Source of the DNA: Octopus sinensis
Taxonomy: Eukaryota
NCBI RefSeq assembly: GCF_006345805.1
Contig: NC_043011.1
Location: forward strand, 32,004,464 to 32,068,463
Direction of reading: 5' to 3'
Length of the DNA stretch: 64,000 nucleotides
Shown here: positions 1 through 11,708 of the stretch, in pieces
Layout of the letters: the number at the start of each line of letters is the position of its first letter
Numbering within the stretch: position 1 is the first letter of the stretch
Translations under genes and position numbers: made by a program
The notes under the pieces: generated by a model
The model's input: only the letters and a program-made list of their open reading frames with translations
What the model was told of the DNA's origin: nothing
The model's database searches: none

Positions 1-25
1 TTAGATTTTTCAACTGAATGTTTTT

Positions 26-89
<64 letters not shown>

Positions 90-92
<3 letters not shown>

Positions 93-305
93 GGTGGCCC
101 AAAAGTAGGTTTACAATTATTCGACTATCTCTTTTGCATTCATATATTAACAGTTTAGATCTTGGTTATAAAAAAAATATGAAACCATTATTCAGCAAAA
201 TGGAGCACCTCCACATTATGCGTTGACAGTAAGAGACTACCTTAACCAAGCCTTTCCACAGTGTTGGTTTGGAAGACGGGGCAGCATCGAATGGCTACCA
301 ATGGA
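90..305 (+). mobile_element. Tc1/mariner-superfamily relic (maT/rosa-type transposase fragment)
   Basis: TA|CAGGGTGGCCCAAAAGTAGG terminus after (TA)n; 187-300 reads IIQQNGAPPHYALTVRDYLNQAFPQCWFGRRGSIEWLP, the QQDGAPPH...WIGR...WPP catalytic region. Confidence 0.75.
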
Positions 306-1179
306 TTTCTGCTTTTGAGGTGTTATAAAGGTTTATGAGAAGAATGATGATGATGATGATGATGATTTACAGTTTGTTAAAACATGGCAGAACATGTAGA
401 ATTGTTAAAGTGTTGACTAGAGTGTCTTACGATATTTGTTCCAACTCTTTTTGCACTGAGTTCAAATCCTGCCGAGGTCTGTACAGAGCCTGTCCCAATT
501 TCCTGTCCTACAAACTTATATTGGTCTGGTACAACAAATACCTATTTCTTTATTACCCACAAGGGGCTAAACACAGAGGGGACAAACAAGGACAGACATA
601 GGTATTAAGTCGATTACATAGACCCCAGTGCGTAACTGGTACTTAATTTATCGACCCCGAAAGAATGAGAGGCAAAGTCGACCTCGGCGGAATTTGAACT
701 CACAAATACCACTAGCCCAGTACTTATCAGAAGGCAGGATCTGTATGGAGTTACCTTCTCTTAGATGAACAGCTAAGAGAGCTGAAAGGCCTTATCTGCC
801 CTTGGTGTGTTGGAGTGTTTATGAACAACCTTCTTATTTCTTTATTGCCTACAAGGGGCTAAACATATAGGGGACAAACAAGGACAGACAAAGGGATTAA
901 ATTGATTACATCAACTCCAGTGCGTAACTGGTACTTAATTTATCGATCCTGAAAGGCTGAAAGGCAAAGTCTACCTTGGCAGATTTGAACTCAAAACATA
1001 AAGACAGACGAAATACCGCTATATATTTCGCCCAGTGTTATAATGTTTCTGCAAGCTCGCTGCCTTCTACCTTCTACCAGGGGCAATTTAAATGAACAAC
1101 CTTCTACCAGGGGCAAATTAAATAATAAACACTTTTAAATGACTTTTCCATATTAAACTTAATGAAATACTTAACTCAC

Positions 1180-1404
1180 CTTCATCTTACCACAGTATTT
1201 TGAGTTGGATAAGGAAAGTAAAGATTCCTTAGTTAGTTGTTGGTATTGTTGATTTGTCCGGAATATCTTATCATGAATCATCTGAAATTGGTTTGTTTTC
1301 CTTTCTGTAGAATTTCTTTGAGACAATAACAAAGCTGGGTGGTTTGCAACTTTTAGGAGGAGGTGTAGAAATTGAAAAATAAGTGATCGGCCTTTCCCTA
1401 ACTT
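1180..1404 (-). CDS. ERCC6L2: ERCC6L2 exon (KLGKGRSLIFQFLHLLLKVANHPALL...LSNSKYCGKMK); gene continues off the left edge
   Basis: tttcag| acceptor, AAG|gtgagt donor, 225 nt; matches human LQKVANHVALL...LSDPKYSGKMK. No following exon (HELICc lobe) found in 1-1170. Confidence 0.93.
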
Positions 1405-1904
1405 CTGAAATAAGAAAAGCAAAAAAGGAAAAAGAAATGTCAACTTTCCAGTTTTTATAACCATCTTTGGAGAATGCAACTGCTTTAACTCTTTAGGCAC
1501 CAATTCTCTTGAGAATGCTTCTGGTTGTTTGGCATAAAAATTTCTTATTAACAAGTACTTATATGAAAATTAAAGCATATCTTTTAATTAGTTTCAGTTA
1601 TTAGATGGCAGCCATGCTTGGGGGCACTGCCTTAAAGAATTTTTTGTCAAATGAATCGGTCCTTGAACTTATTTTTTGTTAAGCCTGGTACGCATTCTAT
1701 GGGTCTTTTTTACCAAACTATTAAGTTACAAGGATATAGACACACCAACACCAATTGTCAAATGCTGAAATGGGGACACACACAGACACAATGAGACACA
1801 CACACACACACACACACACAACATATATATATTGATGAAAATGGTAAGACAACTAAAGAATGAAAGAGACCTCGATATTATGTAAATAGAAGAATTTATC
1901 TGTA

Positions 1905-2088
1905 AATGTAATATGTGACTATTATTCGGTAGCCATGCTTTATAAGTTCTCTGTGAAGAAAGTAAAATTTTTTCGTAGTATTTTTCCGATGGCTGGATAA
2001 CTGAAGAGATGGCGGCATGGATTTCCACCTCAGCATCCGAAACTCTAAGTTTTATCATGGCTACCGAATAATTGTCACATATTACATT
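1905..2088. mobile_element. MITE with 33-bp TIRs flanked by TA
   Basis: 1903-1937 taaatgtaatatgtgactattattcggtagccatg is the reverse complement of 2056-2090 with one mismatch. Confidence 0.8.
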
Positions 2089-2514
2089 TATATATATATA
2101 TATATATATATATACAAAGGGCTTCTTTCAGTTTCCATCTACCAAATCCATTCACAAAGCTTTGGTTAGCCAAAGCTATAGCACAAGACATATGCTATTG
2201 ATTAATTATAGGATTGATTAATAAATGTGATTGTTGTACCAAGGAACTATGACTCTACAGGCTTATTGGAAACATGTGTAAGCTAGCTGGAATAAAATGT
2301 ATAAATGTCCATTACCTTTGTGCTTTTGCTCTTATACTCTATAATAACATACCAATTTTACTTGGTAACAAAACTTTCGATTTACAAACTGGACTGGAGA
2401 TGGTTTGTTAAAGTATGGATTACCTGGATTTCTACATCCATCACAGGACAATTTTATTTTTCTTCACAGAGAACTTATAAAGCATTTCATCTGGATTGTT
2501 AGTCCTTTTTTATT

Positions 2515-2560
<46 letters not shown>

Positions 2561-3250
2561 CAGGCTTCTTTCGGTTTCCAACTACCAAATCCACTCACAA
2601 GGCTTTGGTCGGTCCGAGGCTATAGTAGAAGACACTTGCCAAGGTAACAGCTTTTGTGATGTCTTTGCAGCTTTATTGATAAAGTATATATATATATATA
2701 TATATATATAGTATTTAATAAATCATATGGGATACACCTGGTAGTTTGCCAGTAAGACACGTTCACTGGCTTAGTGTTTGTTGGGTATGTAATTAATGAG
2801 AGAGACAGAAGATGGAAGATACAAGAATCTTTATTGATCACGGCAATCGTTCTGAGTTCATTTTAATGAGACACCTCTTGAAATCACCTGAGGTGATACA
2901 CCTAAACCAGTTGTACAGCATTCAATCCATGAGGGATTGATGCTAAATAGGTTAAAACGATTGTAGTGATCAGTAGAGGTTCTTCCACATTCCATCTCTC
3001 TCATTAATTATTTATATATATACATATATATATATATACACATATATACGACAGGCTTCTTTCAGTTTCCGTCAACCAAATCCACTCACAAGGCTTTGGT
3101 CGGCCCGAGGCTATAGTAGAAGACACTTGCCCAAGGTGCCATGCAGTGGGACTGAACCCGGAACCACGTAGTTTGTAAGCAAGCTACTTACCACACAGCC
3201 ACTCCTACACCTAATGTGAATTTCTGAAAAAAAAAAATGAAAGCACCAAC

Positions 3251-3399
3251 CTTCTTACAACATTTCTTTTGGGGTTTTCCACTGCCGCATTTACAAGGAT
3301 CAGAAGCCTGAAGAATGTTCTGGAAGTCTTCATTTTGAGAGATTGCCGAATGTAACTTATTCTGAAAGTCGCTTAATTTACAAAATACTATGTTGTCAT
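3251..3399 (-). CDS. ERCC6L2: ERCC6L2 exon (DDNIVFCKLSDFQNKLHSAISQNEDFQNILQASDPCKCGSGKPQKKCCKK)
   Basis: ttttag| acceptor, AAG|gttggt donor, 149 nt, phase 1/0; matches human DRMVYCSLTDFQ...SSEPCTCRSGQKRRNCC. Not in the ORF track; read directly. Confidence 0.95.
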
Positions 3400-3477
3400 C
3401 TAAAACAATAATGAAAATAATGATAATGACGATTAAAAAGATTCTAGTAATTCAAGTAATGATAATAATTCAGTTCT

Positions 3478-3660
3478 ATATTTAAGAGATGAGGAATTAT
3501 GTACGTTATTTACATTATTTACATTTGACGGATATTTGTCCTAATTTTGTTTGTTGTTAATACAACTTTTCAGCCGATATACCTTCCAGCCTTCATCAGG
3601 TGTCTTGGGGAAATTTCGAACCTGTGTTTTCATTCCTAAGGTCTTTTTCGTTGTCGTCGT
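3478..3660 (-). mobile_element. Penelope-like LTR repeat (second copy ~7352-7520)
   Basis: Shared aagagatga(g/a)gaa(t/c)tatgtac...cagccttcatcaggtgtc; minus strand reads CTGATGA-AGGCTG...-GAAA, a hammerhead-like core. Confidence 0.55.
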
Positions 3661-3670
3661 TGTTGTTGTT

Positions 3671-3993
3671 GAGACCTGAATAAGTGGAAATCCAAAGGAG
3701 CAACATCTGTTGAATATGGAGGCTGGGTTAACACATCCCAGCCAAGCTGCAGCAATTTTTGTCTGGTTCCCAAAGCATCAAGTGCTGAAAATGAACTTTC
3801 TTATCTTCCATTTTAAAGGGTTACAGAATTAACACAGTTCATAGGAATATAAACCTTCTTCCACGAAAAGACAGCTTAAACTGTGCTCTAAATGGAGGTG
3901 TAGTCAAATCCTATTTTATGGACTCAACCATGTTCTAAAATAAGTCGAAAGGTAAGCTACTATAAATTGGCAAGAACTTTCCGGACAACCCAA
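3671..3993 (-). mobile_element. Truncated internally deleted mariner (same family as 47045-47610)
   Basis: TIR gaactttccggacaacccaa+TA at 3974-3995; encodes MEDKKVHFQHLML fused to the WDVLTQPPYSTDVAP region. Confidence 0.85.
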
Positions 3994-5157
3994 TATCATT
4001 TAGCTAGATTCAGTCACGAGATTATGGCCACTCTGAAATATCACTAACAAGGAATTTTAGATAACAACTCTATGTTGTATCATTTGTGCACTTGTGGACA
4101 TTGCCTCCAACTTGGAAACACAGTATGTGTTTTATTGGGGTTTATGTACTACAGTATGGTTTTCTAGCCCATGTACAGGGTGATTTTACAAGACACCACT
4201 CATGAGGATGGTCATCAGCTAACAATAAGCTTGTCTGTCTCTTGACAGGTCTTGTTTTTAGACCAGCGACGTGTCTATGACTCACTCCTCACCTGGCAAC
4301 CACCTAACCATGAAACAGGCAGTACTTGGTTACATAGTACCGGTTTTCAGGATTTTCTTGACCTGACCTAAGTGCTTTCGTACCGACCTCAGTACTCTAG
4401 TACCTGTTTTATGAATCTCTGAAAAGAATGTGAAGACAAACTAAGTGTCAAGGGAGGTAACTGAGTTGGAAGTTAATACTGCAATGTATATTTCATTCAA
4501 GTACTAATCCTTTTACACACATCATCATTTTTATGTTTGCTCTTTCAATGTTAACATGAGCTGGATGTGTGTGCGTGTGTGTGTGTGTGTGTGTGTACGT
4601 GTGTGTATACATACATATGTATGTATATATAAATAAAAAATATATATGTATTGAAACTAGAATCAATCAATCAATCATACATATATATATATATAAATAT
4701 AAAATATATATGTATAATATACATATATATATATATTATATTTTATATTTATATATATATTATATACATACATAAATATATATACATAGAGAGAGAGAGA
4801 GAGAGACATACACACACACATATATAGAAGGAGGGGAGGAGGGACGGTAGGAGGTTGGTGGTGATAATGAGGGTGATGATGAAGACAACGAGGAATATGA
4901 CAACAATAATGATGACTTATGAATTTACACAGTTTCTAAGCAATCGAATTTCATTCACAAAGCATTGGTTGTCCTGGGGCTAATGTTGTAGATACACTTG
5001 TTTGTCCAAGCGACTGTAGTGCTCTACAGTAGGATTGAACCCAGGACCACACGGTCAAGAAGTAAACATCTTAAGCACACATCCACACCATACCTATATT
5101 CAATATGTTTGCGAAAAAAAATGTAGTTTGGGCATAGAAAAAAAAATTGCAACTCAC

Positions 5158-5241
5158 CTTTGTTAGGAAGTTGGTCTTTGATAATCATCTTAGTTCTTCG
5201 AATCATAATTTGGTCTCGGATGTCACGAAATTTTTGCTTTG
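5158..5241 (-). CDS. ERCC6L2: ERCC6L2 exon (KQKFRDIRDQIMIRRTKMIIKDQLPNK)
   Basis: ttctag| acceptor, G|gtgagt donor, 84 nt, phase 1/1; matches human FLRRTKTLIKDQLPKK. Confidence 0.95.
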
Positions 5242-5369
5242 CTAGAAACAATGCAAGAATAAAATAACTGATTGGAAAATTTTACCATTGTCAAGAAATG
5301 ACAATAGATCGATATTATATAAGTTTAGAGGTAGAATTTAACGTGTACATAGAATTCATCGACAGACAA

Positions 5370-5490
5370 TTCTCAACATGGAGGCCTACATCAAGTGCCT
5401 GGAGGAGGTTGTGCTACCCTGGGTCAAAAGGGTGGCTGCTGGAACAGCCTATTTCTGGCAACAGGACTCTGCACCACACCACACAATAGT
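5370..5490 (+). mobile_element. Tc1/mariner transposase fragment
   Basis: NMEAYIKCLEEVVLPWVKRVAAGTAYFWQQDSAPHHT (QQDSAP second catalytic Asp). Confidence 0.75.
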
Positions 5491-5752
5491 CCTGTCTGTA
5501 AGTTGTCTGTCGGCTAATAGTCTGTCGACGAATTACTCTTTACTCCTTTACTCTTTTGCTTGTTTCAGTTAGACTGTGGCCATGCTGGAGCAAATCGACC
5601 CCAGGTCTTATTCTTTGTAAGCCTAGTACTTATTCTATCAGTCTCTTTTTGCTGAACTGCTAAGTTACGGGGACGTAAACACACTAGCATCAGTTGTCAA
5701 GTGATGTTGGGGGGACAAAGACAGACACACAAACACATACACACACACACAC

Positions 5753-5822
<70 letters not shown>

Positions 5823-6030
5823 TACGACAGGCTTCTTTCAGTTTCCGTCTACCAATCTACTCGCAAGTCTTTGGTTGGCCTGAGGCTGTAGTGGAAGACA
5901 CTTGCCCAAGGTGCCACGCAGTGGGACTGAACCCGGAACCATGTGGTTCGTAAGCAAGCTACTTACTACACGGCCACTCCTACGCCTATGTCTGTCTATC
6001 AGAATTTAATTATGGAATATTTTGTTTTAC

Positions 6031-6146
6031 CTTGTCGTGCTTCTGCTAGTTCCCTTTTGGTAGCATCATGCTTTTGTCCTTGCATAATAAACTTCACATA
6101 CTCTTCATAAAAATCTGTTCGGTCTCCAAGGAAACCTGGTTGAGCC
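6031..6146 (-). CDS. ERCC6L2: ERCC6L2 exon (AQPGFLGDRTDFYEEYVKFIMQGQKHDATKRELAEARQ)
   Basis: atttag| acceptor, G|gtaaaa donor, 116 nt, phase 2/1; matches human AVPGLLG...GQRHTATKRELATGRK. Confidence 0.95.
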
Positions 6147-6464
6147 CTAAATATGTTGAAGACAGGAGAGGAAAAATAGAAAAAAACTGTCTGAACCAGT
6201 TTTGAAAGTGCAGAACCAATTCTGCAGAAAATTATCATAAACATGAGGGTTAACTTTGAATAAATTTTTGAGGAAACTGTTATTCATAATAGTTTTAACA
6301 TCTACTTTTTGGATGGAATTTGTCAAGATGGATTTTCTGCAGCTGGATGCTCGTCCTGTCATCAAACCCCACCTGTTTCCAAGCAAGGTAATATTCCCTC
6401 ATGGCCAGACATGTTTTCATGGCAGATTGGAAACAGAGGACACCACTTGCACTAGGCACACACA

Positions 6465-6619
6465 CACACACACACACACACATGCATGCATGCACACAGA
6501 AATATACATACATATATATATAGATGATAGAGAGAGAGACAGACAGACAGACATATATATATATGATGATAGAGAGAGAGAGACAGACAGAGACAGAGAC
6601 AGAGACAGAGTGACAGATA

Positions 6620-6655
<36 letters not shown>

Positions 6656-6900
6656 AGGACATTACAATTATTGAACATAATTGACATAAACACTTTCCCT
6701 CACCTTGCAGAGAGGGGGGTGAAGGGGGGAGGGGAGGGGATAAAAAGGCAGAGGGGGAGAGGAGGCGGGAGAGGGGAGGGAGTGGCAGAGGGAGACAGAG
6801 AGGGAGAGGCAGAGGGTGACAGGAAGGGAGAGTGCCAGAGAGAACGGAGGGTGGAGTGGAGTGTGAGGAGTGGCAGAGCAGTGGGAGAGAGGAAAGAACA
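6465..6900. repeat. Compound (CA)n/(TA)n/(GA)n microsatellite and G-rich polypurine tract
   Basis: Direct reading. Confidence 0.9.
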
Positions 6901-7169
6901 AGAGAAATATTAAAATGTCTGATGTCAAACAAACTCAGCCTCAAATCAGTGACGACAAATGAACAGCGCCAAAACAGCAGAACCAAAACATCTCATACTC
7001 CATACTTATATACAAATGTAAAACAATCCATAAAACATATCATAATTTTGTTCAAGACCAGATAAAAGACAAATGATTCTAGCAAACAGAAATAACAGAA
7101 ACTCTTCCTATGTATTGTTGCTGATGTTTACTCAAAAGGTTTGTATATGAAAGAAATATATTGAAATAC

Positions 7170-7285
7170 CAGTCTATTATGGACCAAAGCTCCATCATGT
7201 TATTTTGCAGTGCAGTGCCAGTCAAGCCATATCGACGCAGAGAACGGAAGCTCCGCAATGCCTGAGTTATTTGGGCTTTGAGTTC
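7170..7285 (-). CDS. ERCC6L2: ERCC6L2 exon, motif III (ELKAQITQALRSFRSLRRYGLTGTALQNNMMELWSIIDW)
   Basis: ttttaacag| acceptor, TG|gtattt donor, 116 nt; GLTGTALQNNMMELW matches SNF2 motif III (human GLTGTILQNNMKELW). Confidence 0.95.
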
Positions 7286-7539
7286 CTGTTAAAAAATAAA
7301 AGGCAAAAATTTTACAGTTCGTCGTCACCATCATTGACATTATCACTACCGTTTTATATTTAAGAGATGAAGAACTATGTACATTATTTACATTATTTAC
7401 ATTTGATGGATATTTGTCCTCATCTTCTTTGTTGTTAACACGTTTTGGCTGATATACCCTCCAGCCTTCATCAGGTGTCCTGGGTTCTCATTCCTAAGTT
7501 ATTTTTCGATAAATAATAATGATGACGACGGTGGCAGCG

Positions 7540-7774
7540 GTGGCCCCAAACTGTATGCCCCAAGCTTTAGTCTCCCTCAATGTCCATTCTTTGATGTTGA
7601 TGATCCATCTTTTTCTCTGTTTACCTTTCATTCTCTCTTCCTCCAATGTTCCTTGAAGAATTGTTGCTGTGAGGCGACTGGATCTTCTGAGCATTCTTTT
7701 CTTTCACCACTCTCAAGAAGTCTTCATGGAGAGTAGTGTGATGCTTGAAGGTTTCACAGATGTGCTTGTCTGTG

Positions 7775-7780
<6 letters not shown>
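7540..7780 (-). mobile_element. RTE/BovB-like LINE 3' fragment
   Basis: TILQGTLEEERMKGKQRKRWIINIKEWT resembles RTE TILQGTVEG.RRRGRQRKRW.DNIKEWT. Confidence 0.75.
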
Positions 7781-7816
<36 letters not shown>

Positions 7817-8986
7817 TGTTTTAAATCCAGGTTTTGTCTCCATTAATGAGGGTGGCCAGATCTACCTCAATACCATAGCAACCAAGTTAGGCAGGTGCAG
7901 CCCACTCCAACCTTTGGGCTGGCTGGCTAGTGCCTATTCTCCTTTGCTATCATGAGGCTTTTTTGGAACTGCATTTTCTACAGGGAGCATGCCCTTGCTT
8001 ACCCCCAACCTCAGTTTCTAGACATGAGTGGTCCAAAAACCAAGGCCTCTACCATGATTTTTAAGAAATGTGGTAGAAAATTAGCTCAGGAAGGCAGGAA
8101 CGCTACTCCCTGAGACCCCTTTCAAAGCCCCACTACCTATGTGATGTGGTTCAAATATGAAACACCTAAGATGCTGAAGTCCCATAATGCCTCATGGGCC
8201 ACCATGTAAACCTCAATGTAGAGCATAATCTGACTCATACTGTCCAGGAGCTTCATGCGAAGGCAACCAGTGCAGTGCTTGTACAAAATGTCATTGGAGG
8301 CTGGTTCCATATCACCATAGAAGTCCATCAAGACAATTTCCTCTGCCTTAATATCTTGCAGATTATGTCAGTACAGAAGGGAGAAACATAACAAATCCAA
8401 TATTTACTGATGACATTGGTGGACTAATTGGCAGGTGGGTGAAAAATTGGCCAACATAGTCAGTCACCTTTAGAGAGCCTCTCCCAACTTTGAAAAGGAA
8501 ACCATCACCATCATCACCATCATCATCATCATCATTGTTTAAGGTTCACTTTTCTATGCCTGCATGGGTCAGGCAGAATTCACTGAAACACAATTACTAC
8601 AGCTGAGTGCCCTTCCTGTCACCAACCCTCAGCTGTTTCCAAGCAAGGCAGTATTTACCTCATGGCCAGACATGTTTTTCATTGAAAACTGGAAACAAAC
8701 AACACTGCTTGCATGACAGTGATGTTCATCAATAACCATCACATGACATCAAGACAAGGCTACACATAAACATATACTTACATACACACACACACGTGCA
8801 CTCACACACATACACATACACGCGCACACAACCATTCAGTCCATAAGATAGTTTCTTGCCAATCCAATTACCCCGAGACTTTGGTAAAAGAAACTTGCCC
8901 AAGGGACTGGACTCCAGACCTCGTGATTACAAAGTAAACTTCTTAACCATTTGGCCATACTGTCTCCACTTCCTAATAACCTACAC

Positions 8987-9021
<35 letters not shown>

Positions 9022-9104
9022 AGCATATGCACATACACACACATACACATACACTTTGGTTTAATTAATAACTGTTAACGAGAAACAGAAATCCTCAAAC
9101 TTAC

Positions 9105-9164
9105 CTTAATTTTATGAACTTCATCAACAATCACAGCAGCCCAGTTGAATTCAATAAGATAATC
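9105..9164 (-). CDS. ERCC6L2: ERCC6L2 exon, Walker B (DYLIEFNWAAVIVDEVHKIK)
   Basis: tctaag| acceptor, AAG|gtaagt donor, 60 nt; DExH box VIVDEVH; within track ORF 9075..9383. Confidence 0.93.
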
Positions 9165-9525
9165 CTTAGAAAAACGACAAAAATATCCGAAATTATTGAT
9201 ACCAAATAGATTATTGAACACAATGTAATTGTAGGTAGATAGAAGATTATTATAAAGAGAGAAAATAGTTTTGTTGCAATAAAACTCAGTTAAACAAGAA
9301 TATGACAAATTTTGTGTGGTAAGAAGCTTGCTTCCCAACCTCATGGTTCCAGGTTCATCCCCACTGTGTGGAATCTTGGGCAAGTGCCTTCTACTATAGC
9401 CTTGGGTCGACCAAAGCTTTGTGAGTAGATTTGGTAGACGGAAACTGAAAGAAGCCTGTCGTGTGTATATATCTATATCTATATATATATTTAGATATAT
9501 CTATATATATATCTATATCTATCTA

Positions 9526-9573
<48 letters not shown>

Positions 9574-9704
9574 TATATGTATGTATTTGTGTGTCTAAGT
9601 TTTATCCCCCACCATCGCTTGACAACCAATGCTGATGTGTTTATGTCCTTGTAACTTAGCCGTTCAGCAAAAGAGAGCGATATAATAAGTACTGTCTTTT
9701 CTAA

Positions 9705-10010
9705 AGATCAAGCAGGGCCATCTATCTGAAGGGGATTGTGATTTGACAGCCTTCCTACTTACTAAGACTTTGGTCTTTGCTAGGTTAGCCCTAAGGCCCT
9801 TTGATTCTAGACCTTGTTTCCACACACTAAACTTCGTCTTTAGTTCAGGTAGTGACTTGGCAATGAGGGCAAGGTCCTCAGCATAGAGGAGCTCCCTGGG
9901 GCAGCCTGTTTTAAATTCCTCTGTTATTGCTTGAAGGACTATAATGAATAAGAGGTGGTTGAGGACTGATCCTTGGTGAACCCCTACTTCTACTTGGAAT
10001 TCTTCACCAT
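9705..10010 (-). mobile_element. RTE LINE fragment homologous to part of 14560-15477
   Basis: Shares ccttcctacttactaagactttg...gctaggtta.ccctaaggccctttgattctagacc with ~15055-15120. Confidence 0.8.
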
Positions 10011-10416
10011 ACTCATTGCCAACTCTTACCTTACTGACAGGATATATATATAATATGTATGTATGTATGTATATATATATATATATATAATGTGTGTGTG
10101 TGTGTGTGTGTATACAGTGAATGAAAATATTGGTATAAAATTTGGCACAAGGGCAGCAAGTTTGGAGATAGAGTTTACATTGACCTTTGTTTTCAACTGG
10201 TATTTATTTTATCAACCCCCTAAAAGATGAAAGGCAAAAAGTTAAGCATGGCAGAATTTGAAATCAGAACCTAAAGATGGCCAAAATGCTGCTGACCATT
10301 TTGCTGACATGCTACCAATTCTGTCAGCTCATCACTTTAAACAGAGAATGAAAATATCACCATTATTTTTTTTATCCTCAAGAAGAAAAGATGTGAAAGA
10401 GAAAAAGGAATCTAAC

Positions 10417-10516
10417 CTTGTTATCCCGAAAGGTTTCAAAGGTTGTTAAAACAACTTCAAATCTATCATATTTCATGCCAGTCAAACAGTCTTCTTTATA
10501 TTTTCCATGGAATTTA
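10417..10516 (-). CDS. ERCC6L2: ERCC6L2 exon (KFHGKYKEDCLTGMKYDRFEVVLTTFETFRDNK)
   Basis: ttttgtag| acceptor, AAG|gttaga donor, 100 nt, phase 2/0; TTFETFR corresponds to the SNF2 TTYETLR motif. Confidence 0.93.
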
Positions 10517-10690
10517 CTACAAAAAATTGTGAAAGGAAAAGAATTTTAATTTAATTTGAACCTAGAATGTAAAAACAGACATAATGCCACCAAAGGATTC
10601 AAATAATATTAGATATAGTCATAAAGTTAATATTGTATATTTCTCACTACATAATTGTTTTCAATTAGAATTTTTCATATTTCCTAACAT

Positions 10691-10866
10691 AGGTGTAGGA
10701 GAGGTTGTGTGGCAAGTAGCTTGCTTACTAACCACATGGTTCCGGGTTCAGTCCCACTGTGTAGTATCTTGGGGAAGTGCCTTCTACTATAGCCTCGGGC
10801 CAATCAAAGCCTTGTGAGTGGATTTGGTAGACAGAAACTGAAAGAAGCCTGTCGTATGTATGTGTG

Positions 10867-10903
<37 letters not shown>

Positions 10904-11110
10904 TGTGTCTGTGTTTGTCCCCCCCCAACATCGCTTGACAACTGATGCTGGTGTGTTTACGTCCTCGTAACCTAGTGGTTCGGCAAAAGAGACCAATAGA
11001 ATAAGTACTAGGCTTACAAAGAATAAGTCCTGGGGTCAATTTGCTCGACTAAAGGCGGTGCTCCAGCATGGCCACAGTCAAATGACTGAAACAAGTAAAA
11101 GAGTAAAAGT
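10691..11110 (+). mobile_element. tRNA-derived SINE family A (octopus OK/OR-like; exact family unassigned), full length with internal (TG)n
   Basis: Head ...gtggcaagtagcttgcttac..ggttcagtcccac, tail ggcggtgctccagcatggcc...gtaaaagagt. Roughly 18 further copies, e.g. 3045-3210, 5533-5990, 9310-9690, 26960-27360, 35350-35720, 41572-41990. Confidence 0.85.
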
Positions 11111-11239
11111 GTATAACCATAATAAACTGGCCTATACATAGTTCAAAGGAATTAATAGTTTACACATTAAAGTTTTTAGTGGAATGTTATAGCACGAGAG
11201 CCTCTGTAGAGAAATAATCAAGTTAATTATAAACGATAA

Positions 11240-11548
11240 ACGTTGTCCTTTTCAAGCCTAGCCAGGCTCATGGGTCTGGCTTCCCAGTTTCTGTGGTGCA
11301 TGTGCTCCCCCCAGTTGGACGGGACGCCAGTCCATTGCATCGCTACTCAAGAAACAGGAAGAGAGAGTGAGAGAAAGTTGTGGCGAAAGAGTACAACAGG
11401 GGTCGCCACCCCCCCCCCCTGCCGGAGCCTCGTAGAGCTTTTAGGTGTTTTTGCTCAATAAACACACACAACGCCCGGTCTGGGAATCGAAACCACGATC
11501 CTCCGACCGTGAGTCCGCTGCCCTAACCACTGGGCCATTGCGCCTCCC
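11240..11548 (-). mobile_element. tRNA-derived SINE family D (V-SINE-like tail)
   Basis: Head ggaggcgcaatggcccagtggttagggcagcggactc...gtttcgattcc with A/B boxes; atggactggcgtcccgtcca core. Confidence 0.8.
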
Positions 11549-11586
11549 AAGTTAACTATAGAGAACAGTAAATGAATTTTCCTCAC

Positions 11587-11708
11587 CCAATAGCAAAATA
11601 GCCCCAAGTGTCCAGTTCAGCAACCCAGTTATATAAAACATTGCCAGGTACAATAATAAGGAAAGGCTGACATGTATGTGATTTTACTGGTTTATCCTTT
11701 GCGTACAT
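11587..11708 (-). CDS. ERCC6L2: ERCC6L2 exon, motif Ia ([41 protein letters not shown])
   Basis: tttcacag| acceptor, GG|gtgagg donor, 122 nt; matches human [23 protein letters not shown]. Confidence 0.95.

Noticed and set aside
4190-4225. Hammerhead at minus-strand CTGATGA
   Set aside because: No GAAA box after the putative stem II.
6256-7065. Cluster of overlapping 77-189 aa ORFs
   Set aside because: Translations derive from (CA)n/(GA)n and polypurine repeats inside an ERCC6L2 intron.
11470-11548. tRNA gene
   Set aside because: A/B boxes are present but it continues into a SINE body and does not give a full cloverleaf; the same applies to the other SINE heads.
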